A stretch of 64,000 nucleotides of DNA from positions 2,848,001 through 2,912,000 of the forward strand of contig CBDBDQ010000005.1 in NCBI GenBank assembly GCA_965203905.1, read 5' to 3'. This DNA comes from Spirochaetia bacterium. Its GTDB lineage: Bacteria > Spirochaetota > Spirochaetia > SZUA-6 > Bin103. Made by a program: the position numbers and the translations under genes. Under the pieces are notes generated by a model. The model was not told the origin of the DNA, ran no database searches, and saw nothing but the letters and a program-made list of their open reading frames with translations. Position 1 is the first letter of the stretch. The number at the start of each line of letters is the position of its first letter. This document shows, in pieces, positions 10,199-19,604 of this stretch.

Positions 10199-11377
10199 CT
10201 ACTGTGGGGCAACCGACTCCCAGGTGCCGCTGTCCCAGGAGCGCGCCACCGCCTGCTGCACCCGCGCCACCGCGGCGGCGGCCGCCAGGCTGGCACGTCC
10301 CGGCGTGCCCTGGGCGACGGCGCTCAGAAACTCGGCCAGCTCGATGGTGAGGGTGTCGTCGTAGCCGATGCCGATGCCGGCGCCGGGGTTGAAGCGTCCG
10401 TGGTAGGGGTGCTGCGGCCCGCCGATGGCCTGGGTAAAGCCGTCGCCGGTGGCTCCGCGCTCGTCCGCGAGCCGCACCTGCAGCTCGTTGAGCCGCTCGA
10501 AGTCCCAGGCCAGCGCGCCGCGGCGGCCGTTCACCTCGAACGCCATCTGGCACTCCGGGCCGAAGATCACCCGGCACGCCTCCAGCGTGCCGCGCGCCCC
10601 GCACGCGAACTCCGCCAGGATTCCCACGTAGTCCTCGTTGGTCACCGGCCCGGTGGGGCCGCCGCGCCTGGCGCTGAAGTGGGTGCCCTCGCCGGGCGTC
10701 GCCAGCGGCCGTTCGGTGATGAAGGTGTGCTGCTGGCTCACCACCCGCCGGATCGGGCCGGCGATGAAGTGGGCGGTGTCCAGCACGTGCGAGATCAGGT
10801 CGGCCAGGGTGCCGCGGCCGGCCAGCTCGCGCTGGAAGCGCCAGGACAGCACGCCGTCCGGGTCGCGCCCGTAACCGCTGAAGAAACGCCCGCGGTAGTG
10901 GGTCAACTCGCCGAGGCGGCCGTCGGCGATCAGGCGCCGCGCCTGCTGCACCATCGGTGCCCAGGCGTAGTTGTAGCCCACCCCGCTCACCACGCCCGCG
11001 CGCTGCGCGGCGGCCGCCAGCGCCAGGGTCTCCTCCGGGCTGCGGCCCACCGGCTTCTCGCAGAACACGTGCTTGCCGGCCGCGATCGCGGCTTCCACCA
11101 TGGGCCGGTGCAGGTAGTTGGGGGCGGTGACGCTCACCACCTCCACGTCCGCCGCGGCCACCACCTCGCGCCAGTCGCCGGTGGTACGGGCAAAGCCGTA
11201 CTCGCGCTGCGCCGCGTCCCTGCGCGCCTCCACCTCGTCGGCGCACAGCACCAGCCGCGGCTCCAGGCCGCGATCGGCGAACCGGTGCCGCACCTGCAGA
11301 TAGGCGCGGCTGTGGGCGCCGCCCATCCAGCCCATGCCGATCACCCCGATGCCAAGCTGCCTGCTCATCGCCGCCAT
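10199..11377 (-). CDS. Gfo/Idh/MocA family oxidoreductase
   Basis: GIGVIGMGWMG Rossmann motif; GKHVFCEKP; DLISHVLD. Confidence 0.9.
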   Translation of the reverse strand: MAAMSRQLGIGVIGMGWMGGAHSRAYLQVRHRFADRGLEPRLVLCADEVEARRDAAQREYGFARTTGDWREVVAAADVEVVSVTAPNYLHRPMVEAAIAAGKHVFCEKPVGRSPEETLALAAAAQRAGVVSGVGYNYAWAPMVQQARRLIADGRLGELTHYRGRFFSGYGRDPDGVLSWRFQRELAGRGTLADLISHVLDTAHFIAGPIRRVVSQQHTFITERPLATPGEGTHFSARRGGPTGPVTNEDYVGILAEFACGARGTLEACRVIFGPECQMAFEVNGRRGALAWDFERLNELQVRLADERGATGDGFTQAIGGPQHPYHGRFNPGAGIGIGYDDTLTIELAEFLSAVAQGTPGRASLAAAAAVARVQQAVARSWDSGTWESVAPQ

Positions 11378-11511
11378 GATCGCATGCCGCCGCGCGCGGG
11401 CGCCAGATCCCGGCACCACCGCGGCTGCGACGGCTCGCACCGGCGGAACCCCCGGCCCGGCGTCCACGGGACAGCGACACCTGCGGCCGGTTGGCGTATG
11501 CTGGCGCTCTC

Positions 11512-12450
11512 ATGGCGGAGCTGAAGGTTGCAATCGTCGGCTGCGGGGGGCGCGGCCGGGGTCACGCGCGCCACATCGCGGGGCTGGACGGAGTACGGCT
11601 GGAAGCGGCCTGCGATCCCGTGGCGGCCACGCGCCGGGCGCTGGCGGCGGAGTTCGGAATCGCGCACCAGTATGACGAGCCGCGCCAGATGCTGGCGGCC
11701 GGGTCCGTCGACGCGGCGGTGGTGAGCGCGCCGCCGGAGCTCAACTTCGCGGCGGCCCTGCCCTGCCTGGAGGCGGGCGTGGACACCCTGGTGGAGAAGC
11801 CGCCGGGCCTGCGCGTGGCGGAGACCCGACGGCTCCAGGAGGCGGCGGCGCGCAGCGGCGCCCGCTGCATGGTAGGTTGGAACCGCCGTTTCAACCCGCT
11901 CATCGTCGAGGCGCGGCAGCGCGTCGCCGAGCGTGGCCCGCTGGTCACCGTGGTGGGCGAGTTCCACAAGAACCTGGTGCAGATCGAGGCCGAGGGCAAG
12001 CTTACGGAGCCGGTCCTGGCGCGCTTTCTCTACGAGACGCCGATCCACGCCATCGACACCCTGCGCGTCCTGGCGGGTTCGCCGGCAGGCGAGGTGCATG
12101 CCCTGTCCCGCAGCGCGGTGTCGCGCCATCGCGACGTCTTCGGGGCGCTGATCCAATTCGAGAACGGCTGCGTCGGCCACCTCGTCGCGAACGTGACCAG
12201 CGGTGCCCGGCTGGAGCGCTACGAGCTGCACGGCGCCGGGATCTCGGCCTACCTGGAGGGCGTGAGCCGGGGCCAGGCGGTGGAGGACGACGCGGTGACC
12301 GAACTCTCCCTGACGGCCGACAGCACGCTGGAGCAGGACCGCTTCTTCCTCGACTGCGTGCGCGCCGGCCGGCCCATCACCGCGCCTGCCGCCGACCTGG
12401 ACGAGGCGGTGGCGACCATGGAGCTGGCGGCGCGCATCTTCGGCGACTGA
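11512..12450 (+). CDS. Gfo/Idh/MocA family oxidoreductase
   Basis: KVAIVGCGGRG; LVEKP; VGWNRRF; IHAID. Confidence 0.88.
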   Translation: MAELKVAIVGCGGRGRGHARHIAGLDGVRLEAACDPVAATRRALAAEFGIAHQYDEPRQMLAAGSVDAAVVSAPPELNFAAALPCLEAGVDTLVEKPPGLRVAETRRLQEAAARSGARCMVGWNRRFNPLIVEARQRVAERGPLVTVVGEFHKNLVQIEAEGKLTEPVLARFLYETPIHAIDTLRVLAGSPAGEVHALSRSAVSRHRDVFGALIQFENGCVGHLVANVTSGARLERYELHGAGISAYLEGVSRGQAVEDDAVTELSLTADSTLEQDRFFLDCVRAGRPITAPAADLDEAVATMELAARIFGD

Positions 12451-12478
12451 GCGCCGCCGAGCCGCTCAGTCCGCGGCG

Positions 12479-14197
12479 TCAGTTGGCGGCGGCCGCGGCC
12501 AGGGCGGGGGCCGGCAGCGGCAGCGGCGATGCCGCCAGGGTGCGGTTCAGGGCCGAGATCAGCGCCAGCGCGGAGGCCTTGGCGATGTTGGGGTTGGTGC
12601 CCACCCCGAAGCGCTGGGTGCCGTCGTCGCGGGCGATCTGGATGTAGGCGATGGCGGTGGAGTCGGTGCCCTGGCCGAGGGCGTGCTCGGAGTAGTGGGT
12701 CAGCCGGAAGTCGGCCAGGCCCGCTTGGCCGAGAGCGTCCTTGAGGGCGTCGATCGGCCCGTTGCCGGTGCCGCTCAGCTCCATCTCGGAGCCGTCCACC
12801 GCCAGCGTCAGGGTGCCGTGCATGCGGGAGCTGTCCTCGGTATCGCTGGCGATGGCGTAGTCGAGAAAGCGCAGCGGCGCGTCCGCCTCCAGGTACTCGC
12901 GCTGGAAGGCGCGCCAGATCTCGTGCGCCTCCACCTCGCGGCCGCTGCGGTCGCTCAGCACCTGCACCACCTGGCCGAACTCCGGCTGCATGGTCTTGGG
13001 TAGCTGGCAGCCGAACTCGGTCTCCATCACGTAGGCGACGCCGCCCTTCCCGGACTGGGAGTTGATGCGGATGATCGCCTGGTAGGAGCGGCCGATGTCG
13101 GTGGGGTCGATGGGCAGGTAGGGCACCTCCCACAGGCTGTCGGGAGCGTCGCTCTGCGCCGTCATGCCCTTGTTGATGGCGTCCTGGTGGGAGCCGGAGA
13201 AGGCGGTGAACACCAGCTCGCCGGCGTAGGGGTGGCGTGCGCCCACCGGCAACTCGGTGCAGTAGTCGGAGACCTCGATCAGGCGGCTCAGGTCGTGCAG
13301 GTCGAGCCCGGGATCGATGCCCTGCGTGTACAGGTTGAGGGCCACGGTGACGATGTCCACGTTGCCGGTGCGCTCGCCGTTGCCGAACAGCGTGCCTTCG
13401 ACCCGGTCTGCGCCGGCCATCAGTGCAAGCTCGGTGGCGGCCACGCCGGTGCCGCGGTCGTTGTGGGTGTGCAGGCTGAGGATGATGCTGTCGCGGCGCT
13501 GCACGTGGCGCAGGAACCATTCGATCTGGTCGGCGTGCACGTTGGGGGTGGCCAGCTCCACCGTGGCCGGCAGGTTGATGATGATGGGCCGCTGCGGGCT
13601 GGGGTCCCAGGCCTCGATCACCGCGTCGCACACCTCCACCGAGAAGTCCAGCTCGGTGCCGGTAAAGCTCTCCGGCGAGTACTCGTAGAGGATCTCGGTG
13701 TCGGTTCGGTCGGCCAGCTCGCGCACCAGGCGGGTGCCGTCCACGGCGATTCCGCGGATGGCGGCACGGTCCATGCGGAACACCACGCGGCGCTGCAGCT
13801 CGGAGGTGGAGTTGTAGAGGTGGACAATCGCCCGCGGGGTCCCCTCGATCGCCTCGAAGGTGCGCCGGATCAGGTGGTCGCGCGACTGGGTAAGCACCTG
13901 GGGATACACCCCCTCGGGAATCAGGTCGCGCTCGATCAGGGTGCGCGTGAAGTCGAACTCCACGGCGGCGGCGGAGGGGAACCCCACCTCGATCTGCTTG
14001 AAGCCGATGTCCACCAGCAGGGAGAACATGCGCAGCTTCTGCTCCAGGTTCATCGGGTTGATGAGAGCCTGGTTGCCGTCGCGCAGGTCGACGCTGCACC
14101 ACTGCGGGGCCTGCGTCAGGGTACGGTTCGGCCACTGCCGGTCGGGCAGGTCGATGGTGGGGAAGGGTCGGTACTTGGTGATGGTGCCTCGCTGCAC
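12479..14197 (-). CDS. leuA: 2-isopropylmalate synthase (LeuA2/yeast-type)
   Basis: Motifs WCSVDLRDGNQAL, LHTHNDRG, GNGERTGN, AFSGSHQDAI and RINSQSGKGG. GTG start at 14197 follows GGAGGA. Confidence 0.96.
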   Translation of the reverse strand: MQRGTITKYRPFPTIDLPDRQWPNRTLTQAPQWCSVDLRDGNQALINPMNLEQKLRMFSLLVDIGFKQIEVGFPSAAAVEFDFTRTLIERDLIPEGVYPQVLTQSRDHLIRRTFEAIEGTPRAIVHLYNSTSELQRRVVFRMDRAAIRGIAVDGTRLVRELADRTDTEILYEYSPESFTGTELDFSVEVCDAVIEAWDPSPQRPIIINLPATVELATPNVHADQIEWFLRHVQRRDSIILSLHTHNDRGTGVAATELALMAGADRVEGTLFGNGERTGNVDIVTVALNLYTQGIDPGLDLHDLSRLIEVSDYCTELPVGARHPYAGELVFTAFSGSHQDAINKGMTAQSDAPDSLWEVPYLPIDPTDIGRSYQAIIRINSQSGKGGVAYVMETEFGCQLPKTMQPEFGQVVQVLSDRSGREVEAHEIWRAFQREYLEADAPLRFLDYAIASDTEDSSRMHGTLTLAVDGSEMELSGTGNGPIDALKDALGQAGLADFRLTHYSEHALGQGTDSTAIAYIQIARDDGTQRFGVGTNPNIAKASALALISALNRTLAASPLPLPAPALAAAAAN

Positions 14198-14230
14198 GGT
14201 GTCCTCCTCCGTAGCGCCCTCAAGGCGCGG

Positions 14231-14284
14231 AAACAAAAAAAGCCCGGGTCCGCAGTCGACCATGTTCGACTGTGAGCCCGGGCT
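14231..14284 (-). terminator. Intrinsic terminator of the leuA attenuator
   Basis: Minus strand reads AGCCCGGG-CTC-ACAGTCGA-loop-TCGACTGC-GGA-CCCGGGCT followed by a T run, between the leader peptide and leuA. Confidence 0.88.
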
Positions 14285-14304
14285 GCTGCTTGCTGCGCCG
14301 TTCG

Positions 14305-14397
14305 CTACATGCGGTCTCCGGCGGAGCACGCGGCAACCCAGGCCGTTAGGCCCAGTAGGGTGAGAAGCAATTGCAGTAGTGTCGGAAGCTGACGCAT
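14305..14397 (-). CDS. leu leader peptide MRQLPTLLQLLLTLLGLTAWVAACSAGDRM (30 aa)
   Basis: 9 Leu among the first 17 codons, including three CTA, two CTT and a TTG, which are rare in this GC-rich sequence. It lies directly upstream of the terminator and leuA. Confidence 0.88.
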   Translation of the reverse strand: MRQLPTLLQLLLTLLGLTAWVAACSAGDRM

Positions 14398-14442
14398 GTC
14401 CTAACCGAAGTCCGCGCCCAATCTACCGCGGAGCGTTACAGA

Positions 14443-16203
14443 GTGGCAAGTGGTTTATGGCATAGTGGCATGAGTGGCATAGGGGTGGGAGTGACCGGTG
14501 CACATCGGGGACGTATGATGACGGTGGTGGACAAGCGCAAGCTGCCGATCGGCATCCAGACCTTCCGCCAGATCCGCGAGGAGGGCTACTACTACGTCGA
14601 CAAGACCACCTGGGCACGCCGGCTCGAGGACGACGCCGGCAAGCACTACTTTCTGTCGCGCCCGCGGCGCTTCGGCAAGAGCCTGTTCGTGGACACGCTC
14701 AAGGAGCTGTACGAGGGCAGCGAGGAGCTGTTCCGCGGGCTGGCCGTCCACGACGGCTGGGACTGGTCCCGGCGCCACCCGGTGGTGCGGCTCGATTTCA
14801 GCAGTGGCGACTTCGCCGACCCGGAGGAACTGCACCGGAATCTGATGCAGCAGTTCGACCTCATCGAACGCGACCACGGGATGGAGTCCGGCTACGACAC
14901 GCCGCGCGGGCGCTTCCTCCACCTGTTGCGGGAACTGCACCGGCGCGCCGGACGGCGTGTGGTAGTGCTGGTGGACGAGTACGACAAACCGATTCTGGAT
15001 GCGATCGACGACGTGGAGACGGCCACGCTCAACCGGCGCCGCCTGCGTGGGCTGTACGGGACGATCAAGTTCGCCGACGCGCACATCGAGCTGACCTTCA
15101 TCACGGGGGTGAGCAAGTTCAGCAAGGTGAGCATCTTCTCCGACCTGAACAATCTCATCGACGTTACCCTCGACCCGGCCTACGCGGCGATCTGCGGCTA
15201 CACCGGGGCGGATCTGGACAAGGTGTTCGCGCCGGAACTGCCGGGCCTGGAGCGGGACGCCATCCGCGCCTGGTACAACGGCTACCACTGGCTGGGCGAA
15301 GAGCGGCTGTACAACCCATTCGGACTGCTCATGCTGTTCCGCAGCCGCATGTTCAAGGCGCACTGGTTCGAGACCGCCACGCCTCGCTTTCTGATCGACA
15401 CGCTGATCCGGTCCGGCTTCGCTGCCCCCAACCTGGAAGGGGTGTACGCAAGCGAGACGCTGCTGTCCTCGTTCGACGTGGAGGCAATCGCGCCCGAGGC
15501 GCTGCTGTTTCAGACCGGCTGCCTGACTATCGTCGACGAGCAGGATGACGACGGCTACCGGCAGTACCGGCTGGGCTACCCGAACCGGGAGGTGCGCCGC
15601 AGCCTGAACCAGAGCCTGCTGCACACGCTGGCGCCGCACTGGCAGCAGGCGGCACGGGCCGGTGCCGGCGCAGGCGGGACCGCCCTGCGCCGGCTCCTGG
15701 CGGCGCGCGCCTGGGCCGGCCTGGAGGCTCTGTTCCGGGCACTGCTGGCCGGCATCCCGCACGATTGGCACCGGCGCAACGACGTGGCCCGCTATGAGGG
15801 GTACTGGGCGAGCGTATTCTACTCCTTCTTCCAGGCGTCGCTGGACGGCGTGTCGGTGGAGGACGCCACCAGCCGCGGCCGATTGGATCTGGCGGTGGTC
15901 TCATCCGGCACGGCGTGGCTGTTCGAGTTCAAGATCGCCGAACGCTCCAAGGCCGGCGCGGCGCTGACGCAACTGAAGGAACGGCGTTACGCCGACAAGC
16001 ACCGCGCGGCCTGCCGCGCGGTGTACCTGATCGGCGTGGAGATCAGCGCCGAGCGACGCGCCCTCGCCGCGTTCGCCGTGGAATCTGCCTGAACTCCGGG
16101 CGGCGGCATGAGCGGGCTGGCTACCGCCGGGGCGCGCATGACCGCCAACGCGGTGGCGCGCTGCATGGAGTAATCACCCGGTCGCGCCGCGTGGCAAGTG
16201 GTT
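14443..16203 (+). repeat. 13-bp direct repeat GTGGCAAGTGGTT at 14443-14455 and 16191-16203 flanking the AAA-nuclease gene
   Basis: Exact match seen at both positions. Confidence 0.65.
14515..16092 (+). CDS. AAA-ATPase-like protein with C-terminal PD-(D/E)xK nuclease (AAA-ATPase_like + PDDEXK_9 type)
   Basis: KLPIGIQTF, YYVDKT, FLSRPRRFGKS, LVDEYDKP and YNPF; C-terminal GRLDL...FEFK...A..Q...Y. Confidence 0.92.
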   Translation: MMTVVDKRKLPIGIQTFRQIREEGYYYVDKTTWARRLEDDAGKHYFLSRPRRFGKSLFVDTLKELYEGSEELFRGLAVHDGWDWSRRHPVVRLDFSSGDFADPEELHRNLMQQFDLIERDHGMESGYDTPRGRFLHLLRELHRRAGRRVVVLVDEYDKPILDAIDDVETATLNRRRLRGLYGTIKFADAHIELTFITGVSKFSKVSIFSDLNNLIDVTLDPAYAAICGYTGADLDKVFAPELPGLERDAIRAWYNGYHWLGEERLYNPFGLLMLFRSRMFKAHWFETATPRFLIDTLIRSGFAAPNLEGVYASETLLSSFDVEAIAPEALLFQTGCLTIVDEQDDDGYRQYRLGYPNREVRRSLNQSLLHTLAPHWQQAARAGAGAGGTALRRLLAARAWAGLEALFRALLAGIPHDWHRRNDVARYEGYWASVFYSFFQASLDGVSVEDATSRGRLDLAVVSSGTAWLFEFKIAERSKAGAALTQLKERRYADKHRAACRAVYLIGVEISAERRALAAFAVESA

Positions 16204-16224
16204 GTGGCTTGGCACGGCGCAGCG

Positions 16225-17037
16225 CTATCCCTTGAGCGCCCCGGCGGTCAGACCGCTCACGAACTGGCGCAGGGCAATGCCGAACACCACCACCAGGGGC
16301 AGCGTGGCGATCACGAAACCGGCCATCATCGGCCCGTACTGGGTCAGGTAGGCGCCCTGGAAGAAGCGCAGGCCCACCGCTACCGGGCGCAGCGAGTCGC
16401 TGGAAATCGCCACCAGCGGCCAGATGAAGTCGTTCCAGGTGGCGAGCAGGTGCACGATCAGGATGGTGATCACCACCGGCACCGACAACGGCAGGCCGAT
16501 CAGCCAGTAGCAGTGTAGCTTGTTGGCGCCGTCCATGTACGCGGACTCGAAAATCTCCTCCGGCAGATTGGCGAAGAAGGTACGGAACACCAGGATCGAG
16601 AACGGCTGGCTGACCGCGATCCAGGGCAGGATGAGGGCCCACGGCGTATTGATCAGGCCGAACTGTCTCACCTCCATGAACAGCGGCACGAGCTGCAGCA
16701 CCGAGGGAATCATGAGCAGCGAAATGGTGGCCAGGAACAGAAAGTTGTCGCCGGGAAACCGGTAGCGGGCAAAGGCGAAGGCGGCCAGCGAGGCGAACAG
16801 GGCGATGCCCGCGATGCTCACCGTGCTGTACCAGGTGCTGTTGAACAGGTATACCGACACCACTTCCCAGGCGATCGCGTAGTTGCTCCAAGTCAGCGGA
16901 AACAGCGGCAGCCAGAACTCGTGGTAGAACTGGTTGAGGCTCTTGAACGAGGTGATGAACATGAAGACGAAGGGAAAGAAGGTGAGCACCGCGATCAAGA
17001 CGAGAATGGAGAACGCTATGATCCGTGACAGGGACAT
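16225..17037 (-). CDS. Carbohydrate ABC transporter permease (MalG-like)
   Basis: EAA loop EIFESAYMDGA; WNDFIWPL. Confidence 0.93.
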   Translation of the reverse strand: MSLSRIIAFSILVLIAVLTFFPFVFMFITSFKSLNQFYHEFWLPLFPLTWSNYAIAWEVVSVYLFNSTWYSTVSIAGIALFASLAAFAFARYRFPGDNFLFLATISLLMIPSVLQLVPLFMEVRQFGLINTPWALILPWIAVSQPFSILVFRTFFANLPEEIFESAYMDGANKLHCYWLIGLPLSVPVVITILIVHLLATWNDFIWPLVAISSDSLRPVAVGLRFFQGAYLTQYGPMMAGFVIATLPLVVVFGIALRQFVSGLTAGALKG

Positions 17038-17121
17038 GGCCAGCTAACGCCCAAAAACCGCCGCCAGCCGGCGTCGCTTCGTCCTGTCGATGGGTCGCTG
17101 CCGCTCCAATTCGGCAGGCTC

Positions 17122-18060
17122 CTAACGCCGGGCGACGTATTCGGTCTCCACCTTGATGCCCTTGAAGTTCAGGTAGGTGAGTCCGAATATCAGGATGAAC
17201 AGGACGAAGCCGATGGTGGTGGCGTAGCCCATGCGGGCGTACCAGAACCCCATGTTGTACATGTAGAGCCCCGGCACCAGGGTGGCGAATCCGGGACCGC
17301 CCTCGGTGAGGATGAGCTGCACGCCGAAGCTCTGCAGGGAGTTGATCACGCTCAGGATCAGGATCAGCTTGACCTGTCCCAGCACCATCGGCAGGTCGAT
17401 GTACCAGAATCTGCGGAACACATTCACCCCGTCGATCAGGGCGGAATCGAGGATCTCGTCGGAGATCGCCTGCAGCCCGGACAGGTAGATCAGCAGGGAG
17501 AATCCGCCCACCCAGGGGAAGCCGATGAACATCATCGCGAGCAGCGCGAAGCGGGCGTCGCCGAGCCACGCGTGGCGCAGATTCTCCAGTCCGATGAGGC
17601 TCAGGAACTGGTTGATGATGCCCACCTCGGCGTCGTAGATGAATCCCCAGACCAGGACCATGACGATGAACGGGACCACCATCGGAAACACCAGCATGGC
17701 GCGCGACACGTACTGCAGCCGCGCCGACTTCAGGTTGAAGATCAGCTCGGCGGCGAACAGCGGCGCGGTGGTGTTTACGACGATGGCGAAGGCGGACAGC
17801 TTGAGCAGGTTGGCGAGCGCCGTCAGGAAGATGTCGTCCCCGGCCAGCTCGATGAAGTTGTTCAGCCCGATGAAGCGCGACACGCCGCCCACGGTCCAGC
17901 GGGTGAAGGAGTGCTGGATGGCCGACAGGAACGGGTAGTAGGAGAACAGCAGCATGAGCAGGAAGGAGGGGGCGAGAAACAAGTAGACCGTCTTGTTGGC
18001 GTAGATGCGCCGCAAGAGGTCCTGTACGGAACTGCGGAAGGGTACCGATGGCGCTGACAA
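17122..18060 (-). CDS. Carbohydrate ABC transporter permease (MalF-like)
   Basis: FIGLNNF; EILDSALIDG; LTEGGPG. Confidence 0.93.
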   Translation of the reverse strand: MSAPSVPFRSSVQDLLRRIYANKTVYLFLAPSFLLMLLFSYYPFLSAIQHSFTRWTVGGVSRFIGLNNFIELAGDDIFLTALANLLKLSAFAIVVNTTAPLFAAELIFNLKSARLQYVSRAMLVFPMVVPFIVMVLVWGFIYDAEVGIINQFLSLIGLENLRHAWLGDARFALLAMMFIGFPWVGGFSLLIYLSGLQAISDEILDSALIDGVNVFRRFWYIDLPMVLGQVKLILILSVINSLQSFGVQLILTEGGPGFATLVPGLYMYNMGFWYARMGYATTIGFVLFILIFGLTYLNFKGIKVETEYVARR

Positions 18061-18128
18061 GCGTGCTGCCCCGGGGAAGATCCCACCGGGCGCGGCGCGC
18101 GGCCGGTGGGATCCGTGTCAGGCGGAGT

Positions 18129-19574
18129 CTACTTCAGGCCCCATTCGGGGTTGGCCGCAACCATGCGGTCGACGCCCGCTTCCAGGATCTTCTGCAACTC
18201 GGCTGCGCCTTCCTCGATGGAAATGCTGCCGCCGAGGATTTCGGCCACCATGCCACGTCCGATGTCGCCGGCCTGCACGTCGTAGAAGCCGAAGAACACG
18301 AGCTGTTCGCCCGGACCCGCCTCGGTGGTGATCGAGGAGATCATGCCGTCCAGCAGGTCGGTGCTGCGTTCGCCCTTGATGTTGGGAATCAGCACGTTGG
18401 CCTCTTCGATCATCGGGATGGCCCGCTCCGGCACCGTGAGGAAGCGCAGGAAGTCGACCGCGAGATCGGTCTTGCCGCCCTCGATCGCGGTGGCGGTGAT
18501 GGCGAGCTGGGTGGCGTGGGCTCCGCCCAGGCCGCGCACGAACTTGCCGGTTCCGTAGGGCGAGCTGTCGGTGGTCACCGGCGGGAACCAGAAGGTGCCG
18601 AAGTCGAAGTCGCGCAGCGGGTCGTTGACCAGCGCCAACAGGTTCCAGGTTCCGGCCCAGGCGATCGCGGCGCGCCCGGTAATCCAGGGGCGGAAGTCGC
18701 CGCCGTCGGTCTTGGTAGCCCAGTCGCCCTGCCAGTTGGGCGCCCACGCCTTGAGCAGGCGCAGCCACTCCTGCTGCTGCTGATCGTTCAGGTCGAGGGT
18801 GCCGTTGCGCACCGCGCGGGCAACCTCCTCGTGGTTGCTGAACCCACTCCCATCGGCGTCGATCTGCTCCACGATGTCCAGCGCCGTGGCCTCGAACAGC
18901 AGCACGAAGGTCCAGTCCAGGTGATTGTTGACGTGGGCCGTCTGAAACGGGATGTAGCCGGCTTCCTTGATCGTCTCCTGGATATCCGTGAACTCCTTCC
19001 AGTTGCTGGGCACGTCGATGCCGAGCTCGTTGAAGATCGCCTTGTTGTACACCCATCCGGTAGCCACCAGGTCGATGGAGAGTCCGTACAGCGCGCCGTT
19101 GGACTGCACCTTCGGCCGCAGGGTGGACTCGAAGAACAGGTCCCACCACTTGGCGTTGCCGGCGGCGTAGGTGTTGGGCTCCTGCAGGTAAGGCATCAGG
19201 TCTACGAACCAGTTGTTGTCCTTGTACTGGTACGCCCACTCGTTCTTGACGCTGAGAATGTCGGGAGCGGTGCCGCCGCTGAGCTGGGTGACCACCCACT
19301 CCAGACCCGACACCGGGTCGGTCAGGATCTCGATGCTGACGCCGGGATGGAGCTGCTGATACTCGTCGACGATCTCCTGCGCCTCGACCAGCTTCTCCAG
19401 CCCTTCGCCGCGGACCACGCCCGGCGTGTAACTGCCGAGGTGGATGCTCATCTCGCCGCTGAGCCCTTCTTCGGCGGATGCTTCTTCCGCTCCCGAGGCG
19501 AAGGCCAGCGTCCCCGAAAGGAGCAGCAGACCGGCGCTCACGACGGCCGGTACGAGTTTCTTGAAGTCAACCAT
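18129..19574 (-). CDS. Sugar ABC transporter substrate-binding protein
   Basis: Signal peptide ending AFASGAEE; GGTAPDI; YNKAIFNELGIDVPSNW; RBS GAGGAGG. Confidence 0.9.
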   Translation of the reverse strand: MVDFKKLVPAVVSAGLLLLSGTLAFASGAEEASAEEGLSGEMSIHLGSYTPGVVRGEGLEKLVEAQEIVDEYQQLHPGVSIEILTDPVSGLEWVVTQLSGGTAPDILSVKNEWAYQYKDNNWFVDLMPYLQEPNTYAAGNAKWWDLFFESTLRPKVQSNGALYGLSIDLVATGWVYNKAIFNELGIDVPSNWKEFTDIQETIKEAGYIPFQTAHVNNHLDWTFVLLFEATALDIVEQIDADGSGFSNHEEVARAVRNGTLDLNDQQQQEWLRLLKAWAPNWQGDWATKTDGGDFRPWITGRAAIAWAGTWNLLALVNDPLRDFDFGTFWFPPVTTDSSPYGTGKFVRGLGGAHATQLAITATAIEGGKTDLAVDFLRFLTVPERAIPMIEEANVLIPNIKGERSTDLLDGMISSITTEAGPGEQLVFFGFYDVQAGDIGRGMVAEILGGSISIEEGAAELQKILEAGVDRMVAANPEWGLK

Positions 19575-19604
19575 AGTAATTCCTCCTCATATGGTTCTCG
19601 GATT

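Noticed and set aside
7995-11513. 1172-aa ORF suggesting a large PhyH fusion
   Set aside because: Only the last 294 aa are PhyH. The rest is an Arg/Gly/Ala-rich alternative frame over the MFS and oxidoreductase genes.
14198-14329. N-terminal extension of LeuA in the ORF track
   Set aside because: It runs through the attenuator terminator. The RBS and GTG at 14197 mark the likely start.
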